From Clostridia bacterium (GTDB lineage Bacteria; Bacillota; Clostridia; RUG12999), in assembly GCA_045648785.1 (NCBI GenBank), contig JAZROP010000020.1:2968-66967 (forward strand): a stretch of DNA of 64,000 bases. Direction: 5' to 3'. Positions within the stretch are counted from its first letter, which is position 1. Each line of letters starts with the position of its first letter. The notes beneath the pieces were generated by a model. The model was given only the letters and a program-made list of their open reading frames with translations. It was not told where the DNA came from and ran no database searches. The position numbers and the translations under genes are program-made. This document shows, piece by piece, positions 27,403 to 37,599 of this stretch.

Positions 27403-29457
27403 ATGAAACCGGAACTGCTTGCCCCTGTAAATTTAAATACTTTATCGGCTGCAGTTCAGGCGGGAGCCGATGCGGTTTATCTTGGTGGAACCAGCTTTGG
27501 TGCAAGGAAATTTGCAGAAAATTTTTCTATTTCTGATATGGAAAAGGCCGTGGACTACTGTCATATGCGCGGAGTTAAGGTTTATGTTACGGCAAATATT
27601 CTTACCGCAGACAGTGAAACGGGCGATTTTTTGTCATTTATCAGAGATGCTCATAATATAGGCGTTGACGCTTTTATTCTTCAGGACCTTGGTATGGCAA
27701 GCCTTGTGAAAAAGCATTTACCTGAGGTAAGGATTCATGCGAGTACGCAGTTGACTGTTCACAACACCGATGGTGCACTTTTGATGAAAGAGCTTGGCTT
27801 TGAACGCGTTGTTACTGCAAGGGAGCTTAGTAAAAAGGATGTTTGCGATATTGTCGGCAGTGGCATCGAAACGGAAATTTTTGTTCATGGAGCTCTGTGT
27901 ATGTCCTATTCTGGACAATGCCTTATGAGTAGTATGATAGGTGGCAGAAGTGGTAACAGAGGAAGCTGTGCACAACCTTGCAGATTGCCGTACGAGCTTT
28001 GCCGGAACGGCAAAAAAATTGGTAAAGGGTATTATCTTAGCCCGAGAGATTTAAGTCTTGCCGGAAATATGACAGATATATTTGAGTCGGGAGTAACTTC
28101 TCTTAAAATAGAGGGAAGGATGAAAGGTCCGGAATATGTTGCTGCGGCAGTAAGCGTGTTCAGACGTCTTATTGATGAACAGAGAAACTGTACGCTCGGT
28201 GAGTTTGAAATGCTTGAAAATGCATTCAGCCGTAACGGATTTACTTCTGGTCTTTTTACCGGTGAAATTTCTGACTATATCAATTCCGCAAGAGGAAATG
28301 ATGATATATATAAAAACCGCGACATCCAGCTTTTAAAAGGACTGAAACAATATACCTCTGAAAACGCAAATGTTAAAAAAATTCCCGTTTCATTTGATGT
28401 GCAAGCGGTGCATGGCGAAAGCTTTAAAATTACAGCAGCGGCAGCGGGTAAAAGTGTGATGGTTTGCGGTAATATAGTGCAGGAGGCACAAAATAAACCG
28501 CTGGACGAAGAAACTATAAAAAAACAGATTGTAAAAACAGGTGATTATCCGTTTGAAGCAAGTGGAATAAATGTTATAACCGATGGGAAAGCTTTCCTGT
28601 CCCTGTCAGAAATAAATGCTCTAAGGCGTGAAAGTCTTGAAAAACTGAGTGAAAAAATAACGGGTTCATTTAAAAGAAATGAGCCGCAGATAGAGTATAA
28701 TAAAAATAAATCTGTTAAAGATGAAGTCAAACTTGAAATTGCGGTGGCTGTTTCAAATGCAGAGCAGCTTGACGCAGTAAGAGAACGGGGAATGAAAAGA
28801 ATTTTTGCACCCTGTGAAATAGCAGGTGCAGACGAGGTTGCTCTTTTTCCGGACATTATTCATAACGACTATGTAAATAAATATATTTCCATTCTTGAAA
28901 ATACAAAATCAACTGAAATTTGCACGGCAAATTATGCAATTTTAAAATATGCAAAAAAACTTGGAAAGAAAATAATTGCGTCATCTTCACTTAATGTATT
29001 TAACAGCGAAAGTATAAAATTTTGGGATGAGTTTGGTGTAAGTGAAATAATTCTTTCGCAGGAGCTTAACTTAAAGCAGATTGAAAAGCTTAGTGCAGAT
29101 ATTCCCCTAGGGGTGACTGCTTACGGGAAAACAGTTATGATGAAAACTGCCGTATGCTCAGTTAAAGCCACAACGAAAAAATGTAGTGGCAGCACATGTA
29201 AGGCATATCTAAAAGACAGAAAAAATGAAGATTTTCCGGTTCTATGTAACGGGATGACATCCTTTATATTAAACTCCAAACCGATATATATGGCGGACAA
29301 ACTGTCTGCCATAGAAAAGGCCGGTATATCAACAGCTCTCATCAGCTTTACCAACGAAAGTCCGGTTGAATGCAGGGAAATAATAAATGCTTTTTTAACG
29401 GGCAGAGAGCCAAAAGAAGAGTTTACAAGAGGACATTTTTTCCGCGGAGTGATGTAA
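27403..29457 (+). CDS. U32-family peptidase (collagenase-like) with long C-terminal extension
   Basis: MKPELLAPVNLNTLSAAVQAGADAVYLGG...E..IFVHGALCMSYSGQCLMS is the PrtC/U32 signature. The product is 684 aa from the ATG at 27403. Confidence 0.8.
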   Translation: MKPELLAPVNLNTLSAAVQAGADAVYLGGTSFGARKFAENFSISDMEKAVDYCHMRGVKVYVTANILTADSETGDFLSFIRDAHNIGVDAFILQDLGMASLVKKHLPEVRIHASTQLTVHNTDGALLMKELGFERVVTARELSKKDVCDIVGSGIETEIFVHGALCMSYSGQCLMSSMIGGRSGNRGSCAQPCRLPYELCRNGKKIGKGYYLSPRDLSLAGNMTDIFESGVTSLKIEGRMKGPEYVAAAVSVFRRLIDEQRNCTLGEFEMLENAFSRNGFTSGLFTGEISDYINSARGNDDIYKNRDIQLLKGLKQYTSENANVKKIPVSFDVQAVHGESFKITAAAAGKSVMVCGNIVQEAQNKPLDEETIKKQIVKTGDYPFEASGINVITDGKAFLSLSEINALRRESLEKLSEKITGSFKRNEPQIEYNKNKSVKDEVKLEIAVAVSNAEQLDAVRERGMKRIFAPCEIAGADEVALFPDIIHNDYVNKYISILENTKSTEICTANYAILKYAKKLGKKIIASSSLNVFNSESIKFWDEFGVSEIILSQELNLKQIEKLSADIPLGVTAYGKTVMMKTAVCSVKATTKKCSGSTCKAYLKDRKNEDFPVLCNGMTSFILNSKPIYMADKLSAIEKAGISTALISFTNESPVECREIINAFLTGREPKEEFTRGHFFRGVM

Positions 29458-29459
29458 AC

Positions 29460-29813
29460 ATGGTAAAAAAAGCAGATGTTTTTATTGCGGTTGTGGTGCT
29501 TATAATATCACTGGTGGGTTATGTTGTTACGGGCTTTGCCGCTTTCGAAGAAACAAAAAAGGTAATTATAGAGTCGGAGGGCGAAATTTTTGCAGAATAT
29601 CCGATGACAGAAAATATAACGGTTGATGTTAAGGGCCATAACACAGTTGAGATTACACCTGATTATGTGAGGGTTATACATGCAGACTGTCCGGACAAGA
29701 TTGATGTCCGTCAGGGTAAAATATCATTGCCCGGCAGCGTTATAGTGTGTATGCCTAACAAAATGACGGTGAGAATAACGGGGGAAACGGAAATTGACGC
29801 AGTCAGCTACTAA
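29460..29813 (+). CDS. NusG-domain-II-containing membrane-anchored protein
   Basis: The product is 117 aa with an N-terminal TM segment and a beta-rich domain. It is conserved as a partner of Gx transporter genes. Confidence 0.6.
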   Translation: MVKKADVFIAVVVLIISLVGYVVTGFAAFEETKKVIIESEGEIFAEYPMTENITVDVKGHNTVEITPDYVRVIHADCPDKIDVRQGKISLPGSVIVCMPNKMTVRITGETEIDAVSY

Positions 29814-30306
29814 AATAAAACCCCTTGTAATGTCGGCTCTGTTTGCCGCACTTGGCGCATGTGTCCAGATAATTGAAGGATATATTCCGTCACCATTTCC
29901 TCTTCCGGGAGGAAGGCTTGGACTTTCAAATGTTGTCAATATGGTTGTTCTAAAAAGCTTTGGCGTAAAGAGTGCGTTGGTGACCACAGCTATAAAAAGT
30001 CTTCTTGCTATGTTTCTGTCTGGCAGAGTATCGGCGCTTCCGTACTCTCTTGCCGGAGGAGTTTTTTCTGTAATAGCAATGAGATTGGCTGAAAAATACA
30101 TAAAAAATTCAGGCGGAATGGGAGTTGGAATAATCGGCGCATGGAGCAATAATATAATGCAGACGGCGGTGGGTGCTGCTGTTATGTCGGATATACATAT
30201 TCTTTCGTATATATGGATTCTGGGGCCGGTATCGGTTGTTACCGGTGCATTTACAGGACTTTTGTCAGAATTTACTGTGAGGAAAATAACATGGATGAAA
30301 AAATAA
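29794..30306 (+). CDS. Gx transporter family protein (so-called heptaprenyl diphosphate synthase component I-like)
   Basis: It is a small polytopic protein with a Gly-x motif (ALGACVQIIEGYIPSPFPLPGGRLGLSNVV). It overlaps the upstream gene by 20 nt. Confidence 0.65.
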   Translation: MTQSATKIKPLVMSALFAALGACVQIIEGYIPSPFPLPGGRLGLSNVVNMVVLKSFGVKSALVTTAIKSLLAMFLSGRVSALPYSLAGGVFSVIAMRLAEKYIKNSGGMGVGIIGAWSNNIMQTAVGAAVMSDIHILSYIWILGPVSVVTGAFTGLLSEFTVRKITWMKK

Positions 30307-30872
30307 TTCTTGCATCGGCATCACCGAGGAGAAAAGAAATATTGCAAAATCTCGGACTAGATTTTGAGATTGTAACCTCATTGGCAGAGGAAAAAGTTGA
30401 AGAAGGTCTGCCGCCACATATGATAGTTCAGGAGCTTGCCATGCTTAAAGGAGCAGAGGTTGCGGCAAGGTCAGAAAAGGCGCTTGTAGTTTCAGCAGAC
30501 ACTATTGTCTGGCTTGACGGACATATGCTTGGCAAACCAAAAGATTCCGAAGGTGCAAAAAAGATGCTTAGAAGTCTTTCGGGGAAAATTCATGAGGTTT
30601 ATACGGGAGTGTGTGTTACTCATTCGGGTAGTGGAAAGTCTGTTTCCGATTATGAGGTGACAAAAGTTCATTTTAAAAATATTTCAGATGATGAAATAGA
30701 TAGATATGTCAGCACTATGGAGCCGCTTGATAAAGCAGGAGCATACGGAATACAGGGCAAGGGTTGCCTGTTTGTTGAGAAAATAGATGGCGATTATCTT
30801 AATGTTGTTGGGCTGCCTGCAGCTCTGCTGGCAAAAATACTTAAAGATGAATTTAAATTTAACATAATGTAA
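30291..30872 (+). CDS. maf: Maf nucleoside-triphosphate pyrophosphatase (septum formation protein)
   Basis: The internal start MDEKIILASASPRRKEILQNLGL is the canonical Maf N-terminus, and the gene lies upstream of mreB. Confidence 0.85.
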   Translation: MDEKIILASASPRRKEILQNLGLDFEIVTSLAEEKVEEGLPPHMIVQELAMLKGAEVAARSEKALVVSADTIVWLDGHMLGKPKDSEGAKKMLRSLSGKIHEVYTGVCVTHSGSGKSVSDYEVTKVHFKNISDDEIDRYVSTMEPLDKAGAYGIQGKGCLFVEKIDGDYLNVVGLPAALLAKILKDEFKFNIM

Positions 30873-30884
30873 GGAGATATAATA

Positions 30885-31907
30885 ATGTTTGCAAAAGAGA
30901 TTGGAATTGACCTTGGTACAGCGAATTCGCTGGTGTATGTAAAAGGAAAGGGTATTGTCACAAATGAGCCGTCCGTTGTTGCAGTAAATATGGTGACAAA
31001 TGAAGTTATGGCGGTTGGCAGTGAAGCAAAAGAAATGCTTGGCAGAACCCCCGGAAGCATTGCGGCTGTTCGTCCTATGCAGGATGGCGTAATTGCTGAT
31101 TTTGAAGTTACTCAGGCTATGATGAAAAAGCTTATAACAAAAGCGGCAGGTCAGGGACAGCTTTTTAAACCAACAGTTGTTATCTGCATACCTTATGGTG
31201 TAACCGAAGTTGAGAAAAGAGCGGTTGAGGAAGTGGGTATCCAGGCAGGAGCCAAAGAAGTTTTTATGGTTTATGAACCAATGGCAGCTGCAATCGGTGC
31301 AGGACTTCCGGTTGGAGAACCTGTTGGAAGTATGATAGTTGATATTGGCGGAGGAACAAGTGAAATTGCGGTTATTTCCCTGAATGGAATCGTAATGTGC
31401 AATTCCATAAGAGTTGCCGGTGATGCCTTTGATACAGCAATTGTTAATTATATTAAGCGTGAACACTCTGTTCAGATTGGTGAACGCACAGCAGAAGAAA
31501 TAAAAATTTCAATCGGCTCGGCATATCCTTATGAGGAAGAGACCATGATGGAAGTTAAAGGCAGAGATATGGTAACAGGACTTCCGAAAGTGGCAAGGGT
31601 AAGAGCAGATGAAATAAGAAATGCCCTATATGAGCAGATTGGTGCCATAATTGAAGGGATAAAAAATACACTTGAAAACACACCGCCCGAGCTTGCGGCA
31701 GACATTATGGACAGAGGTATTATGCTTGCCGGTGGTGGCGCAATGCTTCGCGGGCTTGACAGAATAATTGAAATAGAAACAAAAATCAAGGTTCATATTG
31801 CGGACCAGCCGCTCAACGGCGTTATACGCGGCATAGGCAAAATTCTGGAAGGCTCTGACAAAACAGGACTTAAACGCGTACTCGAACATTCTAAAAAAGC
31901 TAAATAA
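30885..31907 (+). CDS. mreB: rod shape-determining protein MreB
   Basis: FAKEIGIDLGTANSLVYVKGKGIV...DIGGGTSEIAVISL is the actin-fold MreB signature. Confidence 0.9.
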   Translation: MFAKEIGIDLGTANSLVYVKGKGIVTNEPSVVAVNMVTNEVMAVGSEAKEMLGRTPGSIAAVRPMQDGVIADFEVTQAMMKKLITKAAGQGQLFKPTVVICIPYGVTEVEKRAVEEVGIQAGAKEVFMVYEPMAAAIGAGLPVGEPVGSMIVDIGGGTSEIAVISLNGIVMCNSIRVAGDAFDTAIVNYIKREHSVQIGERTAEEIKISIGSAYPYEEETMMEVKGRDMVTGLPKVARVRADEIRNALYEQIGAIIEGIKNTLENTPPELAADIMDRGIMLAGGGAMLRGLDRIIEIETKIKVHIADQPLNGVIRGIGKILEGSDKTGLKRVLEHSKKAK

Positions 31908-31925
31908 TTTCCGGAGTGATGTAAA

Positions 31926-32765
31926 GTGATATACGAGCTGCTTAAAAAGAAATTTTTTACAGTTCTTATTATAGTGCTTGTAATTATTGCACTTATTGCC
32001 GGTATAGGGAAAATATTGCCGGGAGAAAGTAAAAGGGCTAATATTTTTGCTGATGCTGTTGGTATAGTTATAAGCCCGTTTCAAGGCTCTTTCGGTTGGG
32101 CAATAGGTAATATTAAGGATACGGCAGACTATTTTATGAGCAATAAAAAAACAAGCGAAGAAAATAAAAAACTTAAAGAAAAAATTACCGTACTTGAGGC
32201 AAAAATTGATAAGGTTGACGAGTACAGAGAAGAAAATATAAGACTTAAAGAGATGCTGGAACTGAGCAAACAGAATGCGCAGTATAATCCGGTATGTGCT
32301 GAAGTCATAGGCCGTGAGGCTGAAAACTGGTCGGGGATCATTAAGCTGAATAAAGGGACTCTCAGCGGAGTTTCAAAAAATGATATTGTTGTTGAAACAG
32401 CAGGTCTTGTCGGATATGTCAGTGAAGTGGGAACAAACTGGTGCACGGTTACAACAATAGTATCTCCTGATTCGGGAATAAGCTGTATTGTGCCTAGAAC
32501 AGGCGAAATTGTTATGCTTGAGGGAAGTATGAATGGCACAGCAGATGGGAAATATACGCTTTCTTACATTCCTGAAGGAAGTACTATAACTCAGGGAGAA
32601 GCAATAGAAACCAGTGGTGAAGGCGGAATATATCCCAAGGGCTTTCTTGTTGGGCGTGTGGAAAATATCCACATCGGTCCTGATGGAATTTCAAAGGAGG
32701 CAGACGGAAAAGCTGCTGTGGACTTTAAAAAACTCAGAGAAGTGTTGGTATTAAAAATTAACTGA
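31926..32765 (+). CDS. mreC: rod shape-determining protein MreC
   Basis: It has an N-terminal TM segment, a coiled coil and a C-terminal beta domain, in the mreBCD gene order. Confidence 0.8.
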   Translation: MIYELLKKKFFTVLIIVLVIIALIAGIGKILPGESKRANIFADAVGIVISPFQGSFGWAIGNIKDTADYFMSNKKTSEENKKLKEKITVLEAKIDKVDEYREENIRLKEMLELSKQNAQYNPVCAEVIGREAENWSGIIKLNKGTLSGVSKNDIVVETAGLVGYVSEVGTNWCTVTTIVSPDSGISCIVPRTGEIVMLEGSMNGTADGKYTLSYIPEGSTITQGEAIETSGEGGIYPKGFLVGRVENIHIGPDGISKEADGKAAVDFKKLREVLVLKIN

Positions 32766-32791
32766 ATTTTTCAGAAAGGCTTTGACATAAA

Positions 32792-33283
32792 ATGACGGGT
32801 TGGATTTTTGCCGCAATAACATGCTTTGTTTATATAATGCAGACGACTCTTTTTGGTAACCTTGCTGTATTTGGGGTTTCTCCGGACGCAGTATTAGTGT
32901 GTGTTATTTGTTACAGTATGATTTTCGGCAGAGAAAAGGGATTTATAGCTGCATTTGTGGTTGGTATATTAATGGATTTTTTAACCGGTTTGGGATTTGG
33001 AAGAAATCTGACGGTATATCTATTATCATCAGCGCTTGCAAGTGTGCTGGCTGAAAATACTTTTGGAAAAAATTTTCTGACAGCGGCACTGATTACCTTT
33101 ATTGTCAGCGTTGCTGGCGGAGTGGGCATGTCTGCCTATATGTATATTGCAAAGCTTAACAGGGATATAATTTATTCCATTTTTATAACAACGCCGTTGT
33201 ATGCACTCTGTAATATGATTGTCGGGGTGTTTATTTTCATACTTATTGAAAACCTTAAAAAGTTTTCCTACAGAATGGAGTGA
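32792..33283 (+). CDS. mreD: rod shape-determining protein MreD
   Basis: It is a 163-aa polytopic protein following mreC. Confidence 0.7.
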   Translation: MTGWIFAAITCFVYIMQTTLFGNLAVFGVSPDAVLVCVICYSMIFGREKGFIAAFVVGILMDFLTGLGFGRNLTVYLLSSALASVLAENTFGKNFLTAALITFIVSVAGGVGMSAYMYIAKLNRDIIYSIFITTPLYALCNMIVGVFIFILIENLKKFSYRME

Positions 33284-33290
33284 GGCCTGA

Positions 33291-35348
33291 TTGAATCCGA
33301 TAAAACGATTTTTTGAAAACAGATTTTATGTGCTTTTTACAGTGACTGTTATAATGGTACTTATACTTATCTGTGCAACGGTCAATCTCCAGATAGTCAA
33401 AGGAGAATATTATAAACAGATAGCTGCTACAAGAACTTATAAATCGACAGTAATCAGAGCGCCGAGAGGGGAAATTACCGACCGTTACGGCAGGACACTT
33501 GCCGGGAACAAATCGGCGTCAGGAATAATAATAGATTATGATTTTGAATCTACAGAAGAACTTAATAATACAATCAAAACGCTGATAGAAATTATTGAAC
33601 AATGCGGAGAAAAATATGAAGATACCTTTCCGGTTTCTCTTTCAACGCCATACAAATTCAGGATAGATGAGGTGTCCGGCTTTAATCTGACTGAGGAAGA
33701 ATGGAAGAAAAAATATGATATAAATAAAAAAGCGACCGCGCAGCAGGTTATAGATTTTTTTGTTGAAGAATTTGAACTGACCGGTATTTCAGATGAAAGA
33801 GTTAAAAGAAAAATAATGGGTGTTCGCTATGATATGCGGCAGCGTGATTTCAGCGGAGCAAATCCTTTTTCTTTTTATACCGATGCGGACATCGGTATGG
33901 TGTCTAAAATTAAAGAAAACTCACAGATGCTCAAAGCGGTTGAAATTATTTCCGAGCCCATACGAACATATAGCGAAAATGGCATCGCGGCACATCTCTT
34001 AGGTCAGGTTGACAGGATATACCGTGAGGAGTATGAAAAGCTCAGAGATAAAAATTATGGAATGAATGACAAGATTGGTAAGGATGGTCTTGAAAAATAT
34101 CTGGAGGATTATCTGAGGGGCACAGATGGCAGAGAGGGCAGAAATGTCAGCCTTAAAGGAGAAAATGTTACTTTGTCCGAGGATATTCCCGCTAAACCGG
34201 GAAATAAAGCAGTGCTGAGCATTGATGCTGATGTTCAGCTTGCTGCAGAAAAAATGCTCAATGAATCAGTACATGCACTTTATAATGAAGGTGCTGTTAA
34301 TGTGGGTGGCGGTGCAGCTGTTGCAATTGATGTTCACACCGGTGAGGTTATTGCAATGGCAAGTAACCCCACATATAATCCGCTTACTTTTAAAGAAAAC
34401 TATAACGCGCTTTTGCACAACCCCAAAAATCCCATGTTCAACAGAGCGATGGCGGGAGCATATCCGCCCGGTTCTACTTTTAAAGCACTTACAGCAATTG
34501 CGGGGCTTGAAGAAGGCAAAATTTCGGGAAATGAAGCCATAAACTGTAATGGCCCGTATCAGGCATACGCACCGTCATATACTCCTGCTTGCTGGATTCA
34601 TAATGATTACGGCGGCAGTCATAATTATATTAATGTTACAAAGGCACTTGAGGTTTCGTGTAATATATTCTTCTACGAAACAGGGAGACGACTTGGAATA
34701 GAAACCCTTAATGATTATGCAAAAAAATTCGGACTTGGACAGAAAACGGGGATAGAGCTCAGCGGAGAAGCCGAGGGCGTTCTTGCGGGACCTGAATACA
34801 GAAAGTCTATTGATGCAACATGGTATCCTGGAGATACAATTCAGGCGGCAATCGGACAGTCGGATAATATGTTTACGCCGCTTCAGATGGCGAATTATAC
34901 CGCAACAATTGCAAACGGTGGCACTAGATATAAACCGCATCTGGTAAAAAGTATACTTTCTTATGATGGAACAAAGACCGTAAAAGAATTTGCTCCCGAG
35001 GTGGTTGATAAGATAGATATATCTGCTGAAAACCTCAAACTTGTTCATGCAGGAATGAGAGCGGTTGCGGCAGAGGGAAGTGCCAAGATTATTTTTGGTG
35101 ACTATGAAATTGAAGTTGCAGGAAAAACAGGGACCGCTCAATCGGGTGGCAACAGGACTCCCCATAGCTGGTTTATTTCGTTTGCACCTTATGATGACCC
35201 GCAGATTGCTGTTGCTGTTGTTATTGAGCACGCGGGAATAAATGGACTCGGTAAACACACATATAGTGTTGCAAAAGCCATATATGATGCTTATTTTAAA
35301 AGTAATGAGCCGGCAGAAATAATAAAAAGCAATACCATTTTGAATTGA
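33291..35348 (+). CDS. mrdA: penicillin-binding protein 2 (peptidoglycan D,D-transpeptidase)
   Basis: The product is 685 aa with the transpeptidase motifs STFK, SCN and KTGT. The gene follows mreD. Confidence 0.85.
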   Translation: MNPIKRFFENRFYVLFTVTVIMVLILICATVNLQIVKGEYYKQIAATRTYKSTVIRAPRGEITDRYGRTLAGNKSASGIIIDYDFESTEELNNTIKTLIEIIEQCGEKYEDTFPVSLSTPYKFRIDEVSGFNLTEEEWKKKYDINKKATAQQVIDFFVEEFELTGISDERVKRKIMGVRYDMRQRDFSGANPFSFYTDADIGMVSKIKENSQMLKAVEIISEPIRTYSENGIAAHLLGQVDRIYREEYEKLRDKNYGMNDKIGKDGLEKYLEDYLRGTDGREGRNVSLKGENVTLSEDIPAKPGNKAVLSIDADVQLAAEKMLNESVHALYNEGAVNVGGGAAVAIDVHTGEVIAMASNPTYNPLTFKENYNALLHNPKNPMFNRAMAGAYPPGSTFKALTAIAGLEEGKISGNEAINCNGPYQAYAPSYTPACWIHNDYGGSHNYINVTKALEVSCNIFFYETGRRLGIETLNDYAKKFGLGQKTGIELSGEAEGVLAGPEYRKSIDATWYPGDTIQAAIGQSDNMFTPLQMANYTATIANGGTRYKPHLVKSILSYDGTKTVKEFAPEVVDKIDISAENLKLVHAGMRAVAAEGSAKIIFGDYEIEVAGKTGTAQSGGNRTPHSWFISFAPYDDPQIAVAVVIEHAGINGLGKHTYSVAKAIYDAYFKSNEPAEIIKSNTILN

Positions 35349-35361
35349 CAGGAGAAAGTTA

Positions 35362-35949
35362 ATGATAGTACAGGTTAAAGGTGTGATGGGAGGAATTAAG
35401 CTTAAGGTTGCAGGTGCAAATAATTCCGAAACCGTTATGCTTGAAATAAAAGAAAAGCTTGTTCAGGTGAAAGAACTTTTAAAAAATCAGACAGAAACGA
35501 CCATCTGGATTGAAAGTACAACACTTACACATGAACAAAAACTTGAGCTCAGAGAATATATTCTCGCACTGCTCGGGAAAGATACACTTGTGAATTTTGA
35601 TATACCCAGGGAAGAGACCCCCGTTTGTGTATTCCATTCGGGAACACTACGCTCAGGGCAGAAGATTTCATCCGAAGGACATCTTATTGTTCAGGGAGAT
35701 GTTAATCCGGGTGCTGAACTTAAGGCTGCAGGAAATATTGTGGTTTTAGGTGCGTTAAAAGGAACTGTTCATGCAGGGGCAACCGGTGACAGGTCGGCAA
35801 GCGTAAGTGCACTCGTGCTTTCCCCTACACAAATAAGAATTGCAGATGTTATTACAAGAGCTCCCGATGAGCAACCTCTGCCCACATCGCCGGAAACGGC
35901 TTACATAATGGAAGACAGAATTTATATAGAATCTTTGCTCAAAAAATAA
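35362..35949 (+). CDS. minC: septum site-determining protein MinC
   Basis: It has the C-terminal beta-helical repeat region (GDVNPGAELKAAGNIVVLGALKGTVHAGATGD), and minD and minE follow. Confidence 0.75.
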   Translation: MIVQVKGVMGGIKLKVAGANNSETVMLEIKEKLVQVKELLKNQTETTIWIESTTLTHEQKLELREYILALLGKDTLVNFDIPREETPVCVFHSGTLRSGQKISSEGHLIVQGDVNPGAELKAAGNIVVLGALKGTVHAGATGDRSASVSALVLSPTQIRIADVITRAPDEQPLPTSPETAYIMEDRIYIESLLKK

Positions 35950-36075
35950 AAATATTTGACAGATAGGGTAGTTTTATAGTAGAATTTATCTAACGATTGA
36001 TTGCTGCGGTTTATAGACTTTACTGGTAAAATATGGTATAATTACTCCGAAAATATATTAATTTCGGAGGTAGTT

Positions 36076-36876
36076 ATGGGTAAGGTATATGTTATAACAT
36101 CCGGTAAAGGCGGAGTGGGGAAAACCACCACAACTGCAAACATCGGTACGGCACTTGCAGTAAAAGGCTATAAGGTAGCGCTTGTGGATGCAGACATAGG
36201 TCTGCGAAATCTTGACCTTATTATGGGTCTTGAAAACAGGGTTGTTTATGACCTTGTAAATGTAATTGAAAAAAAGTGCAAGCTTAAGCAGGCGCTGATA
36301 AAGGACAAGCGTCAAAAAGAGCTTTATATGCTTCCGGCGGCTCAGACAAGAGATAAGGATTGTGTGAGTGCGGAGCAGATGAAAGAGCTTTGTGACCAGC
36401 TTAAAAAAGAATTTGATTACATATTGATTGATTGCCCGGCGGGGATAGAGCAAGGATTTAAAAATGCGATAGCCGGAGCAGACGGGGCAATAGTTGTTAC
36501 AACACCAGAAGTTTCCGCTGTTCGAGATGCGGACAGAATTATTGGATTGCTTGAGGCAAATGGGCTTAAAAAGCCAAAGCTTATTGTCAACCGGATTCGC
36601 GTTGATATGGTAAAACGCGGTAATATGATGAGCGTTGAGGACATTCAGGATTTGCTTGCCATAGATGTTATGGGAATTGTCCCGGATGATGAAAATATTA
36701 TAATTACTTCCAACAGGGGCGAACCTGCCGCCATGAATGATAAAACGCTGATTGGTGAGGCATATCGCAATATTGCGGGGCGTATCTGCGGTGAGGAAAT
36801 CCCTTATATAAAATTTGACACAGAAAGTTTTATTTCTAGAGTCAGAAAAATGTTTGGAGGTCGTCAATATGCTTAA
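36076..36876 (+). CDS. minD: septum site-determining ATPase MinD
   Basis: The internal start MGKVYVITSGKGGVGKTT carries the deviant Walker A motif. Confidence 0.9.
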   Translation: MGKVYVITSGKGGVGKTTTTANIGTALAVKGYKVALVDADIGLRNLDLIMGLENRVVYDLVNVIEKKCKLKQALIKDKRQKELYMLPAAQTRDKDCVSAEQMKELCDQLKKEFDYILIDCPAGIEQGFKNAIAGADGAIVVTTPEVSAVRDADRIIGLLEANGLKKPKLIVNRIRVDMVKRGNMMSVEDIQDLLAIDVMGIVPDDENIIITSNRGEPAAMNDKTLIGEAYRNIAGRICGEEIPYIKFDTESFISRVRKMFGGRQYA

Positions 36877-37138
36877 TCTTGTGTCAAGAGTATTCGGCAG
36901 ACAGAAATCGGGAAATGTGGCGAAAAACAGAATGCAGGTACTGCTTGCGGTTGACAGACAGAAAACTTCGTTTATTACCGAAGAAATGGTAAACAACATT
37001 AAAGAGGAAATCATGGCGGTTATCAGCAAATATTTAAAACTTGACCTGCAGTCATTTGATGTGAAAATTGAAAGAAGTACAGACGACAGCGGTCGTGTAT
37101 TATCGACTGTTGTTGCAAATATTCCAATAGACATTTAA
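36869..37138 (+). CDS. minE: cell division topological specificity factor MinE
   Basis: [26 protein letters not shown] is the MinE N-terminus. The gene overlaps the minD stop by 8 nt. Confidence 0.8.
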   Translation: MLNLVSRVFGRQKSGNVAKNRMQVLLAVDRQKTSFITEEMVNNIKEEIMAVISKYLKLDLQSFDVKIERSTDDSGRVLSTVVANIPIDI

Positions 37139-37170
37139 AACACAAATATAATCAGAAAGGAACTTACCAG

Positions 37171-37593
37171 ATGAACATTGCACTCATAGCGCACGACAAG
37201 AAGAAAGAACTTATGGTACAGTTTTGTATTGCCTATAAAGGTATTCTCGAAAAGCATAATTTGTGTGCAACAGGCACAACAGGCGGGCTTGTTGCTGAAA
37301 CCACAGGACTTACCGTTCACAGGTTTTTATCAGGCCCCCAAGGTGGAGACCAGCAGATAGGGGCTAGAATGGCGTATGATGAAATTGACCTTGTGCTTTT
37401 CTTTCGCGACCCGCTTACTGCGCAGACACATGAGCCTGATGTTCTGTCAATCTTAAAGCTTGCGGATATGCACAACATCCCACTGGCAACAAATGTTGCA
37501 ACGGCAGAAGTTTTGATTATGGGAGTTGAAAGAGGCGACCTCGCGTGGCGTGAGATTGTTAATCCTAAAGCAAATACAGGAATTGACAAGTAA
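37171..37593 (+). CDS. mgsA: methylglyoxal synthase
   Basis: [16 protein letters not shown]...ATGTTGG is the MGS signature. Confidence 0.85.
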   Translation: MNIALIAHDKKKELMVQFCIAYKGILEKHNLCATGTTGGLVAETTGLTVHRFLSGPQGGDQQIGARMAYDEIDLVLFFRDPLTAQTHEPDVLSILKLADMHNIPLATNVATAEVLIMGVERGDLAWREIVNPKANTGIDK

Positions 37594-37599
37594 GGAGAG

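Noticed and set aside
29724-30149. 141-aa minus-strand ORF
   Set aside because: It is antisense to the Gx transporter gene and has no RBS. The plus-strand gene has a clear family signature.
30684-31466. 260-aa minus-strand ORF
   Set aside because: It is antisense to the maf end and mreB. It is Cys/Asn/Phe-rich nonsense with no homolog pattern.
36058-37134. 358-aa ORF on the minus strand
   Set aside because: It is entirely antisense to minD and minE, which are highly conserved. Its translation is low-complexity and AT-codon-rich (Phe/Ile/Asn/Lys) with no RBS. I judge it a chance frame in AT-rich DNA.
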